Shown here one piece after another: positions 28,826-37,015 of a stretch of DNA of 64,000 nt. This stretch comes from an uncultured delta proteobacterium (GTDB taxonomy: Bacteria; Desulfobacterota; Desulfobaccia; Desulfobaccales; 0-14-0-80-60-11): positions 1,344,001 to 1,408,000 of the forward strand of contig CAWETI010000003.1 in assembly GCA_963812015.1 (NCBI GenBank), written 5' to 3'. The notes beneath the pieces were generated by a model. That model did no database searches and had not been told where the DNA came from. It saw only the letters and a program-made list of their open reading frames with translations. The stretch's first letter is position 1. Every line of letters starts with the position of its first letter. The position numbers and the translations under genes are program-made.

Positions 28826-29221
28826 ATGTTAGGGAAAAAAATCCTGGCCGGCCTCTTCGCCGGGCTCACCCTGATCAAGCTGGCATTTTTGCTGATCAGT
28901 CCGGGGACCTGGCTGGGAGCGACGCAAGCCTTCCTGGGGCATGCCGCCGTCGTGGTGGCTATTTACCTGGCGTTGCTGGTCATCACCGGCTATTTCGTCT
29001 TCACCAGCCTCGATCTCATCGATGTGGCCGTGGTAATTTTGTTCACCTCCTTGCTGATGGGCCTCACCCTCATGCCCTATGAGGGCTCGCTGCTGAAGGT
29101 GGGACAAGAAATCGGCACCACTGGCCTTAGCAAGGCCTGGCCGGCTCTGATAATTTGGGTAGCCATCGCGGTGACGGTGCTGTATCGGATTTTTGCAAAC
29201 AAGAAGGGACAGAAGGGATAG
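28826..29221 (+). CDS. Hypothetical integral membrane protein (about 4 TM)
   Basis: GGAGG RBS; four hydrophobic segments. Confidence 0.8.
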   Translation: MLGKKILAGLFAGLTLIKLAFLLISPGTWLGATQAFLGHAAVVVAIYLALLVITGYFVFTSLDLIDVAVVILFTSLLMGLTLMPYEGSLLKVGQEIGTTGLSKAWPALIIWVAIAVTVLYRIFANKKGQKG

Positions 29222-29286
29222 AGGGCGGCCTGGCCCGCCTTTTTAAGTGGTGCGCGGTGCCTGAACTACATGCCTAAAATGGTTTG

Positions 29287-29784
29287 TTAGGGCCTATCTT
29301 CATAGTTTTTTGTGACTTCTCTGACAAATCTCGACCAGTCTCCTTCTGAATCCAAGAAGAAGACCAACTCTTTTCCAAAAATTGATTCTGTTGTCAAACG
29401 ATAAGGATTGTAAGTCTCACTCCCAGTTAAATAACAATACACCCATCCTCTTTTCTCTACTTCAGCTTTATATCTAGTGTATTTTTCATTAGCATTTTTT
29501 CCGAAAGAACCAAGAGCTTTTATTTCAATAGCTACTTTGCCCACCAATAAATCAATTTTGGTTCTCCCATATAGAGGTACTGGCTCTTTTACAACTGGAG
29601 TGAGTCCCATTGCAATCAGTTCTTGATACAAGCAGTAGCGAATGGTCTGTTCATAAACCCATCCGCTCAATCCTTTTAGGTTCGGCTCCCTTCCCTCCGC
29701 AATAGGCAAAGAAGCAAGCAATTGGCGGGCTTCGATTAAGTTTTTCTGATAAAGTTTTTCTATGTTTCGTTCGTTGAATTTCAT
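29287..29784 (-). CDS. Low-GC hypothetical protein with a PD-(D/E)xK nuclease-like motif
   Basis: E...KIDLLVGKVAIEIK motif; strongly AT-rich compared with its flanks. Confidence 0.7.
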   Translation of the reverse strand: MKFNERNIEKLYQKNLIEARQLLASLPIAEGREPNLKGLSGWVYEQTIRYCLYQELIAMGLTPVVKEPVPLYGRTKIDLLVGKVAIEIKALGSFGKNANEKYTRYKAEVEKRGWVYCYLTGSETYNPYRLTTESIFGKELVFFLDSEGDWSRFVREVTKNYEDRP

Positions 29785-29848
29785 ATATTGCTACCGCCTT
29801 TTTATATGGTGGGCCGTGCCCACCCTACACTATTTTGGCCCAAACCCC

Positions 29849-29877
29849 GTAGGGGCGGGTTTCAAACCCGCCCCTAC
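29849..29877. repeat. GTAG-type REP palindrome (copy 1)
   Basis: GTAGGGGCGGGTTTCAAACCCGCCCCTAC; near-identical copies at 32014 and 36107. Confidence 0.9.
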
Positions 29878-29897
29878 AGTTTTTGTTATACCCTTTC

Positions 29898-29962
29898 AGG
29901 GGGTTGGGAGGGGAGTTTGAGGGGAGGGTGGGGGACTCGCGTCCCTCAGTCCTCCCCTCAAA
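29898..29962. repeat. Palindromic intergenic repeat, family A-like
   Basis: GGGGTTGGGAGGGGAGTTTGAGGGGAGG...CCTCCCCTCAAA; same layout as 1924-1995. Confidence 0.65.
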
Positions 29963-29971
29963 ATTCAATCC

Positions 29972-31261
29972 TCAATGCTTAAAACACCTCTGGCCGGTGA
30001 AGACCATGGCCACGGGGGGGTCGGCTTCGTTGCAGGCCTGGATAACTTCGTAGTCCCGGACGGAGCCGCCGGCGTGGGCCACGGTGGTGCAGCCCTGGCG
30101 GATGCCCACGTCCACCCCGTCTCGGAAGGGGAAGAAGGCGTCCGAGATCATGGCTGAGCCGATGAGGCCGCCTTTGGCTTCCTCAGTGGCGATGTCGATC
30201 CCCACCTTGTCGGAGGCGTCCCGTTTGGCCTGGAGGATTTCCAGTTCTAGGTTTTTATAGGGCATGCCGAACTGCTTGAAGCACAGGGCGTCGGCGTATT
30301 TGGTGTAGGCCTTGAAGACAGCGATTTCCGCCACCCCCACACGGTCCTGTTCGCCGGTGCCGATGCCCACGGTGCAGCCGTCCTTGACGAAGATGACGGA
30401 GTTGGAGGTGATGCCCTGCTCCACCCACCAGCCGAACAGGAGGTCGTCGTACTCCGCCTCGGTGGGCTGGCGCACGCAGCGGTACTCCTGGCCCTGGTGG
30501 GTGGCCACCGCGGGCTTAAAATCCTCTTGGCTTAAGATGGCGTTTAAGGGCGACTGCTGCGCGATGATGCCGCCGTCCACCAGGCACTTGAAATCCACAA
30601 AGCGGTTATGGATCAGGTGCTGGAGGCGGGCGAATTTGGGCACCTTGATGATCCTCAGGTCTTTGGCCTTTTTCAGGATGTCCAGGGTGCCGGCCTCGAA
30701 GTCCGGGGCGGCCAGGACCTCCAGGTAGTTCCGGGACACCAGTTCGGCGGTGGTCTTGTCCAGGGGCCGGTTGAAGACCGCGGCGCCCCCGAACGCGGCG
30801 ATGCGGTCCACCATATTGGCCTTGTCGTAAGCCTCGGCCAGGGTCCCGGCCCAGGCGGCGCCGCAGGGGTTATTGTGCTTGAGGATCACCGCCGCGGGCC
30901 GTTTCTGGAGCCACTTGATGATGTTCAGACCGTTATCCAGGTCCGTCAGGTTGGTCTTTCCCGGGTGCTTGCCGGCCTGGACCATGGCCGCTTCATCGAT
31001 GGCGCTGGTGAGACCGTTATTGGGGTCCAGAAAATGACACTCCCCCAGGGTCAGGTTGCCCCCCACCAGCTCGTAGAGGGCGGCTTCCTGTCCGGGGTTC
31101 TCCCCGTAGCGCAGCCCCATTTCGATGACTTCCCCTTTGGCATCGGGCAATTTCCAGGTGCGCTTGCGGTAGATGAGTTGCTGGTCGCCAAAGCTGATGG
31201 TCATCTCCGGGGGAAAATGGTCTGCCATCACGGTGCGGTACATGGCCTTGATATCACTCAT
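29972..31261 (-). CDS. purH: PurH-family AICAR formyltransferase (short form lacking the canonical N-terminal IMP cyclohydrolase/MGS domain)
   Basis: LRYGENPGQEAA, KHNNPCG, AFGG, GIGTGEQDRV, SDAFFPFRDG and FTGQRCFKH motifs. Confidence 0.88.
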   Translation of the reverse strand: MSDIKAMYRTVMADHFPPEMTISFGDQQLIYRKRTWKLPDAKGEVIEMGLRYGENPGQEAALYELVGGNLTLGECHFLDPNNGLTSAIDEAAMVQAGKHPGKTNLTDLDNGLNIIKWLQKRPAAVILKHNNPCGAAWAGTLAEAYDKANMVDRIAAFGGAAVFNRPLDKTTAELVSRNYLEVLAAPDFEAGTLDILKKAKDLRIIKVPKFARLQHLIHNRFVDFKCLVDGGIIAQQSPLNAILSQEDFKPAVATHQGQEYRCVRQPTEAEYDDLLFGWWVEQGITSNSVIFVKDGCTVGIGTGEQDRVGVAEIAVFKAYTKYADALCFKQFGMPYKNLELEILQAKRDASDKVGIDIATEEAKGGLIGSAMISDAFFPFRDGVDVGIRQGCTTVAHAGGSVRDYEVIQACNEADPPVAMVFTGQRCFKH

Positions 31262-31275
31262 ACGCGGTAACCTCC

Positions 31276-31729
31276 GGAAAACGGTTTTCGGTTTTCAGTT
31301 TTCGGTTTTCGGGGAAAATCGGTAAACCAAACCTGGTTGGGTTTCTTTCCGTCCCCGTGGTTAATGTTTATTAATCGTAATGCTCTAAATATTCAAGGCA
31401 GATTTCGGCCACCGGCGGGGGATGAAAAATTCCCCCACCCCCCCTTTAGTCAAGGGGGGTTTTAAAAGGCCCCCTTGGGAAAAGAGGGATTTAGGGGGAT
31501 TTGAGTGTTCTCGGTAAAAACCAGTAAGCCGATATTCTGTCAAGTAGCCCTATTGTGGCACGAGTTGCCCCTGCTTGACAAGCGCCTTTCGAGCCCTGGT
31601 CCAAATTGACATAGAGCCGGGCCAATGCTAATATTTAACAGGGGTTGAGGACAGAGATGCGGCATGCAACCGTAACTGCCTTTACAGAAAACCGAAAACC
31701 GAAAACCGAAAACTGAAAACGGTTTTTCC
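31276..31729. repeat. Inverted heptamer arrays (TTTTCGG)n / (CCGAAAA)n enclosing a family-B palindrome
   Basis: 31276-31312 and 31688-31729 are reverse complements of each other; the family-B element lies at 31430-31502. Confidence 0.75.
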
Positions 31730-32002
31730 ATGGAGATAAAGGCCCTGGACTTCGTAATCGGATTGACTCTAGGTTTGGCCCTGGGCGTCGGCGGAACCAT
31801 GCTGGTGAGCCGGATCAGGGGCTGGCTGGGGCGCTCCGAAGTCGGGCGGCTGCGCGCGGAAAACCGCGTCCTGTCGCGCCGCCTGGCGGAAAAAGACCGG
31901 CACATCGGTAAGATGCTCACCGAAACCCAGCGCCTGGCCGAGCGGCTGGGGCAGAAGGCGGTCGTGGCTTTGACGGAAGAACCAGTTGAAAAAATTGATT
32001 AA
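31730..32002 (+). CDS. Hypothetical protein (N-terminal TM helix plus coiled coil)
   Basis: One hydrophobic helix followed by a charged heptad-like segment. Confidence 0.7.
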   Translation: MEIKALDFVIGLTLGLALGVGGTMLVSRIRGWLGRSEVGRLRAENRVLSRRLAEKDRHIGKMLTETQRLAERLGQKAVVALTEEPVEKID

Positions 32003-32013
32003 AAATGGGGAAT

Positions 32014-32042
32014 GTAGGGGCGGGTTTAAAACCCGCCCCTAC
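32014..32042. repeat. GTAG-type REP palindrome (copy 2)
   Basis: GTAGGGGCGGGTTTAAAACCCGCCCCTAC. Confidence 0.9.
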
Positions 32043-32070
32043 AGCCACTCCAGCGATTAAGGAGGCAACC

Positions 32071-32394
32071 ATGCCTAAAAAAGATCTTTCCCTCAACGGG
32101 GCCCTGGTGGGCGGCATGGCCGGCTGGGTGGCCGAAGTGGCCATCCAGGAAGTCACCGGGCACCACGTCACCACGGGTCTCCTGGAGCTCTTGGGGGCCG
32201 CTGCGGGTATGTGGCGTCTGGACCGGCGCCTGTCGCGGTCCCTGGCCGAAACCCTGGACCGGGCCAAGCATGGCCAGAACCAGGACTACCAGGCGGTGAA
32301 GCGCCGCATCGAGGAGTTGACCGAGGATTTGCCGGAGCTGCGGGAGATCCTGGGGAACATGGTGGACGCGGGCATCTCGGCCCAGCAGGCCTGA
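32071..32394 (+). CDS. Hypothetical protein
   Basis: AAGGAGG RBS before ATG 32071; Gly-rich hydrophobic helices followed by a coiled coil. Confidence 0.75.
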   Translation: MPKKDLSLNGALVGGMAGWVAEVAIQEVTGHHVTTGLLELLGAAAGMWRLDRRLSRSLAETLDRAKHGQNQDYQAVKRRIEELTEDLPELREILGNMVDAGISAQQA

Positions 32395-32395
32395 C

Positions 32396-32785
32396 GTGCT
32401 GGGCCTGGGTTTGCTGGTGCGCCTGGGCCGCCAGGTCCTGGCGGGACCGGTGGCGGACTCGGGAGTGTTGCCCGCCGGCTATTACCGCCACCTGGTGCTG
32501 GCGGCCCTGGAGGCCGAGGATTTTCCCGGGGCCCTGCACCACCTGAAGTGGGTGGAGGAGCCCCTGCTGGCCCAGATCATCGTGCTCCGCCTCCGGCTCC
32601 TGAGCGCCCGGCACCGGCGCCGTCTGGAGGCGGTGCAAGACCTCTGGCGGTCGGAGTCGAGCCCGGCGCGCCGGAAGCAATACCAGGCCCTGCTCACCGA
32701 AGAAACCCGGGCCCTGGAACTCCTCCGGGATTACGAGGCCAAGGCGCTGACGCACCTGGCCGGTCCACAGGGCCTGACCGGATAG
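32396..32785 (+). CDS. Hypothetical protein
   Basis: Starts 1 bp after the upstream stop; GC3-rich codon pattern; appears helical. Confidence 0.65.
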   Translation: MLGLGLLVRLGRQVLAGPVADSGVLPAGYYRHLVLAALEAEDFPGALHHLKWVEEPLLAQIIVLRLRLLSARHRRRLEAVQDLWRSESSPARRKQYQALLTEETRALELLRDYEAKALTHLAGPQGLTG

Positions 32786-32926
32786 GAACCCTTAAGGGCC
32801 AGGCTAAGCCGAAAAAATCGTTGAGGCAATCCCTCGCAAGCTGAGACCGGCAGGGCCCCGGGTGACCCTGCCGTTTTTGTGGCCTTCAGCCCTCCCATTT
32901 TTTGGTTCTCCCTATATAATAGAAGA

Positions 32927-33379
32927 ATGGAATCAGACAGTTATTACCTGGGGCTGGCCCTGGAGGCGGCCCGGCAGGGACTGGCTGCGGACGAAGTGCC
33001 GGTGGGGGCGGTGCTGGTGGACGAGGCCGGCGTGGTCCTGGCCCGGGCCTTTAACCGCCCCATCGGTTGCCACGACCCCACGGCCCATGCCGAGATCCTG
33101 GTATTGCGGGATGGGGCCCGGCTCCGGGGGAATTACCGGTTGCCGGGGGTTAGCCTATATGTTACCATGGAGCCTTGCATCATGTGCCTGGGAGCCATGC
33201 TGCACGCCCGGGTGCGGCGCCTGGTGTTCGGCGCCCCGGACCCCAAGGGCGGCGCTTGCGTCTCGCTCTACCGCCTCCCCGAGGACACCCGCCTCAACCA
33301 CCGCCTGGAAGTCACCGGCGGGGTCCGGGAGGCCGAGTGCCGGAGCCTGCTGCAAGAGTTTTTTAAAGCGCGGCGCTAG
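32927..33379 (+). CDS. tadA: tRNA adenosine(34) deaminase
   Basis: EVPVGAV, DPTAHAE and EPCIMC motifs; adjacent to tRNA-Ser and dnaX. Confidence 0.95.
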   Translation: MESDSYYLGLALEAARQGLAADEVPVGAVLVDEAGVVLARAFNRPIGCHDPTAHAEILVLRDGARLRGNYRLPGVSLYVTMEPCIMCLGAMLHARVRRLVFGAPDPKGGACVSLYRLPEDTRLNHRLEVTGGVREAECRSLLQEFFKARR

Positions 33380-33445
33380 GGACCCATTTTTCTCCCTCCC
33401 CCATCGAGGGGTAGGGAGATTATCATGAAATACAGATTGTTAGCC

Positions 33446-33539
33446 GGAGGGGTACCGAAGAGGCCGTAACGGGGTCGACTCGAAATCGACTTGGGGGCTA
33501 ATCACCCTCACGTGGGTTCGAATCCCACCCCCTCCGCCA
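33446..33539 (+). tRNA. tRNA-Ser (anticodon CGA)
   Basis: GGAGGGG/CCCCTCC acceptor stem, anticodon arm GTCGA-CTCGAAA-TCGAC, long variable arm, GGTTCGAATCC, CCA end. Confidence 0.97.
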
Positions 33540-33632
33540 CATATTCAAGGGCGAAAAGGCGAAAAGGGGAAGAGCCTAAAAGGGTAGGGCCATTCGAGGG
33601 TTTTTCGCCGCGGTGGCCAGGAGGGCGTGCCC

Positions 33633-33809
33633 ATGGGACTGACCTATATCAGCAAGAATTGTGAGATTTATCTGGGCGAGGACAACGCCTACCGGGAAGA
33701 TATGGGCAGCCTGCCCCTGGATTGCATTATTACGGCAGAGGAGTATAATGCGCTGCCGGAGGAGAAGAAAAAGGATTACGAGGTCCTGGTGCCCAAGCCC
33801 AAGAAATAG
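33633..33809 (+). CDS. Small hypothetical protein
   Basis: AGGAGG RBS 8 nt before ATG; 58 aa; lies between two tRNA genes. Confidence 0.7.
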   Translation: MGLTYISKNCEIYLGEDNAYREDMGSLPLDCIITAEEYNALPEEKKKDYEVLVPKPKK

Positions 33810-33905
33810 TGGTCAGTGGTTAGTGGTCAGTAATGTAGGGCGGGCATTGCCCGCCAAGGCACAGGCGAGATGCCTGTGCCACCATTGATAAAAAATATAC
33901 CCGCC

Positions 33906-33998
33906 GGAGAGATGCCCGAGAGGCTGAAGGGGCACGATTGGAAATCGTGTGAGCGCCTAATAAGTGCTCCGAGGGTTCGAATCCCTCTCTCTCCGCCA
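33906..33998 (+). tRNA. tRNA-Ser (anticodon GGA)
   Basis: GGAGAGA/TCTCTCC acceptor stem, CACGA-TTGGAAA-TCGTG anticodon arm, long variable arm, CCA end. Confidence 0.97.
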
Positions 33999-34153
33999 CT
34001 GAATACGGTTTTTCGTTTTTCGTTTTTGGTTTTTTGTAAAAAAAAATCCTCGAATTGCCCGGGGATATGATCCGGGAAAGCCCACGCAAAATCAAAATAT
34101 GTTATTGTTTTATCACTAAAAACCAAAAACCAAAAACGATAAACGGTCTTTAA

Positions 34154-35776
34154 ATGGCTTACCAGGTACTGGCCAGGAAATGGCGTCCCCAAAACTTTGA
34201 GGAAGTGGTGGGCCAGGAGCCCATCACCCGCACCCTTCAGAACGCTCTGGCCGCCGGCCGGGTGGCCCACGCCTTTATCTTCAGTGGTCCCCGGGGAGTA
34301 GGCAAAACCTCGGTGGCCCGCATCCTGGCCAAGGCCCTCAACTGCGAAGCCGGCCCCACTCCCCACCCCGACAACACCTGCCAGATGTGTAAGGAGATCA
34401 CCAACGGCTCCTCTTTGGACGTGCTGGAAATCGACGGCGCCTCCAACCGGGGCATCGACGAGGTCCGGGATCTGCGGGAGAAGATCAAGTACCTGCCGGC
34501 CCAGGGCAAGTACAAGGTCTATATCATCGACGAAGTGCACATGCTCACCAAGGAAGCCTTTAACGCCCTCCTCAAGACGTTGGAGGAGCCGCCGGCCCAC
34601 GCGGTGTTTATCCTGGCCACCACCGAGCCCCACAAGGTGCCGGTGACCATCCTGTCCCGCTGCCAACGCTACGATTTCCGGCGGATTCCCACCGGGGTGA
34701 TCCAGGCGCACCTGGCCAAGCTGGCCGGCCAGGAGGGCTGGCGGATCGACCCCGAGGGGCTGGCCCTGGTGGCCCGGGCCGCGGAAGGGGGCCTCCGGGA
34801 CGCCCAGGGTTTCCTGGACCAGGTGGTGACCTTCGGGGGCGACGGCGTCACTGCCCCGGAGATCGCCCGCATCCTGGGGGTGACCGACCGGGGGGCGCTC
34901 TTGGGCGCCCTCAAAGCCATCATTGACCGCAATGGACCGGACCTCCTCAACCTCATCGAGGCGTTGTACAACCAGGGCCAGGACCTGGGCCGGTTTTACC
35001 AGGATCTGATGCTCTATGCCCGGCATCTTTTGGTGGCTGGTCTCCATCCCGAGGCCCGGCACCTGGCGGCGGTGGCCGACACGGAGTGGGACGAACTGGC
35101 CCGCCTGGCAAGCCGGACCCCGGCCGTCCACCTCCACAACCTCTTGAGCGTGCTGCTCCAGGGGGAAGAGGAGTTGAAACGGGCCCCGCAGCCCCGACTG
35201 GCCCTGGAGGTCCTGCTCCTCCGCGTGATCCACCTGGAGCCGATCCTGCCCCTGGCGGAGTGGCTGACCCGGCTGGACGCCCTGGAACGGCGCCTGGAAG
35301 CGGGACCCCGGGGGGCGCCCGCCAGCGTTCGCGCCCCAGAACCCCAGCCGCCGGTGGAGGTGAAGGGCGCCGCCGAGCCGGCCGCCCCGCCCCCCCGGGC
35401 CCTGGAGGATACCGGCCTCAACGACCGGTGGCAGGCCTTTTTACAGTTTGTCCAGGAAAAGGAAAACGGCCCGCTGTTCGGTAAACTGGCCCAGAGCCGG
35501 TTGGTGGGGATGTCGGATCACTGCTTGAAGATCGCCTTGGGGCGCCCCTGGAACGCCAACGCGGCCAGCCACCAAGCCCGCCTCCAGGAGTTGGCCCGGG
35601 CCTTCTTCGGCCCCGAGACCACCCTGGAATTTGAGGTGGAAGCGTCCAAGACCCCGAAGAAAACTCCGGCGGCCGCCAAAAAGCCCGTGGATATCAAGAA
35701 GCTTCAGCAACAGGCCCTGGAGATCTTTGGGGGCGAGTGGCTCCCGAACCCCCCGGGGAAGGAGGAACTTGAGTGA
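34154..35776 (+). CDS. dnaX: DNA polymerase III subunit gamma/tau
   Basis: LARKWRPQ, GPRGVGKTS, EIDGASN, IIDEVHML, LLKTLEEPP and SRC motifs. Confidence 0.98.
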   Translation: MAYQVLARKWRPQNFEEVVGQEPITRTLQNALAAGRVAHAFIFSGPRGVGKTSVARILAKALNCEAGPTPHPDNTCQMCKEITNGSSLDVLEIDGASNRGIDEVRDLREKIKYLPAQGKYKVYIIDEVHMLTKEAFNALLKTLEEPPAHAVFILATTEPHKVPVTILSRCQRYDFRRIPTGVIQAHLAKLAGQEGWRIDPEGLALVARAAEGGLRDAQGFLDQVVTFGGDGVTAPEIARILGVTDRGALLGALKAIIDRNGPDLLNLIEALYNQGQDLGRFYQDLMLYARHLLVAGLHPEARHLAAVADTEWDELARLASRTPAVHLHNLLSVLLQGEEELKRAPQPRLALEVLLLRVIHLEPILPLAEWLTRLDALERRLEAGPRGAPASVRAPEPQPPVEVKGAAEPAAPPPRALEDTGLNDRWQAFLQFVQEKENGPLFGKLAQSRLVGMSDHCLKIALGRPWNANAASHQARLQELARAFFGPETTLEFEVEASKTPKKTPAAAKKPVDIKKLQQQALEIFGGEWLPNPPGKEELE

Positions 35777-36084
35777 AGGATTTGAGCGGTATGATGAAGC
35801 AGGCCCAGAAGCTCCAGGCCAAGATGATGGCGATGCAGGAGGAACTGGGTAATCGCACGGTGAGCGCCCAGGCCGGCGGCGGCATGGTGGAGGCCGTGGT
35901 CAACGGCCGCCAGGAACTGCTGTCCCTGCGCATCGATCCCGAGGTGGTGGCCCCCGAGGACGTGGAGATGCTCCAGGACCTGATCCAGGCGGCGGTGAAC
36001 GAAGCCCTGAACCGGGCCCGGGACATGATGGCCCAGGAGATGAGCAAACTCACCGGCGGCATGCAGATACCGGGGTTGTTTTAG
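35773..36084 (+). CDS. ybaB: YbaB/EbfC nucleoid-associated protein
   Basis: MMKQAQ, AGGGMV and EDVEMLQDLI-AAVNEA motifs; between dnaX and recR. Confidence 0.96.
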   Translation: MKDLSGMMKQAQKLQAKMMAMQEELGNRTVSAQAGGGMVEAVVNGRQELLSLRIDPEVVAPEDVEMLQDLIQAAVNEALNRARDMMAQEMSKLTGGMQIPGLF

Positions 36085-36106
36085 CGAATTGCCAGTTCGG
36101 TGTCGC

Positions 36107-36135
36107 GTAGGGGCGGGTTTTAAACCCGCCCCTAC
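36107..36135. repeat. GTAG-type REP palindrome (copy 3)
   Basis: GTAGGGGCGGGTTTTAAACCCGCCCCTAC. Confidence 0.9.
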
Positions 36136-36179
36136 AGGCTGCAGGCAACCGCAGTATCCTTTTGAGATAAAGGAAAATT

Positions 36180-36785
36180 ATGTCAGGAAACGCCTACCCC
36201 GCAGCTCTTCGCCGGGTGATCGTGGGTTTGAGTCGATGGCCCGGGGTGGGGGAAAAGACCGCCTCCCGCCTGGCCATGCACCTCCTCCGGGCCCCGGAGG
36301 GTGAGGTGCTGGAACTGGCCAACGCCTTGCTGGAACTCAAAGACAAGATTCGACTCTGCCGGCGCTGCTTCGCCTTTGCAGACCAGGAATTGTGTCCCCT
36401 GTGCAGCAATGCGGCCCGGAGCCAGGGCCAGATCCTGGTGGTGTCGGAACCGGGAGACCTGTTGGCCATTGAAAAGGTGGGGTGGTACCAGGGCCTCTAC
36501 CACGTCCTGGGGGGGCTGATTTCGCCGTTGGAGGGGGTGGGGCCGGACGATATCCGCATCCGGGAACTGGTGGACCGCATCACGCAGGAGGGGGTAAAGG
36601 AGGTCATCCTGGGCCTCAACCCCTCCCTCGAAGGGGAGACCACCACCACCTACCTGGCCCAGGAATTGCGGCCCCTGGGGATCACGGTGACCCGCATTGC
36701 CTACGGGCTGCCCATGGGCGGCGAGATCAAGTACGCTGACCAGCAGACCTTGAGGGAGTCCCTGAGCCACCGGGTGGAGACGTAA
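36180..36785 (+). CDS. recR: Recombination mediator RecR
   Basis: PGVGEKTA, C4 zinc finger, YHVLGG and TRIAYGLPMG motifs. Confidence 0.97.
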   Translation: MSGNAYPAALRRVIVGLSRWPGVGEKTASRLAMHLLRAPEGEVLELANALLELKDKIRLCRRCFAFADQELCPLCSNAARSQGQILVVSEPGDLLAIEKVGWYQGLYHVLGGLISPLEGVGPDDIRIRELVDRITQEGVKEVILGLNPSLEGETTTTYLAQELRPLGITVTRIAYGLPMGGEIKYADQQTLRESLSHRVET

Positions 36786-37015
36786 AAACAGTTGTCAGTT
36801 GTCAGTGGCCAGTTGCCAGTTATTCTGGTTCCCAATCAACTTAGAGTATCAAAATATGAGAGTTATCCGTTTTAGATTTAGGGCAGATCGAGGTAGTCAG
36901 AAATATGGAACGTTTGAAAGAAGCAGTGCCATTGAGGCTACTATCCAAAACGAAAGCTGATATACCTATCCCATTTTCATTTTATTTACTGGCAACTGAC
37001 CACTGACTACTACCC

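Noticed and set aside
31556..31570. TGGCACGAGTTGC sigma54-like site
   Set aside because: The GG-to-GC spacing is 2 nt too short, and sigma54 spacing is strict.
33380..34153. SRP RNA (ffs) often found between tadA/tRNA-Ser and dnaX; tRNA-targeted integrative element
   Set aside because: No SRP helix-8 motif seen, no integrase, and no duplicated tRNA 3' end.
35670..35690. Possible programmed -1 frameshift site in dnaX
   Set aside because: The sequence is C AAA AAG, not the A AAA AAG slippery heptamer, and it lies near the gene end.
28625..36135. Repeated 29-bp palindromes considered as a CRISPR array
   Set aside because: Copies are kilobases apart with genes between them, with no regular spacers and no cas genes; they fit REP elements.
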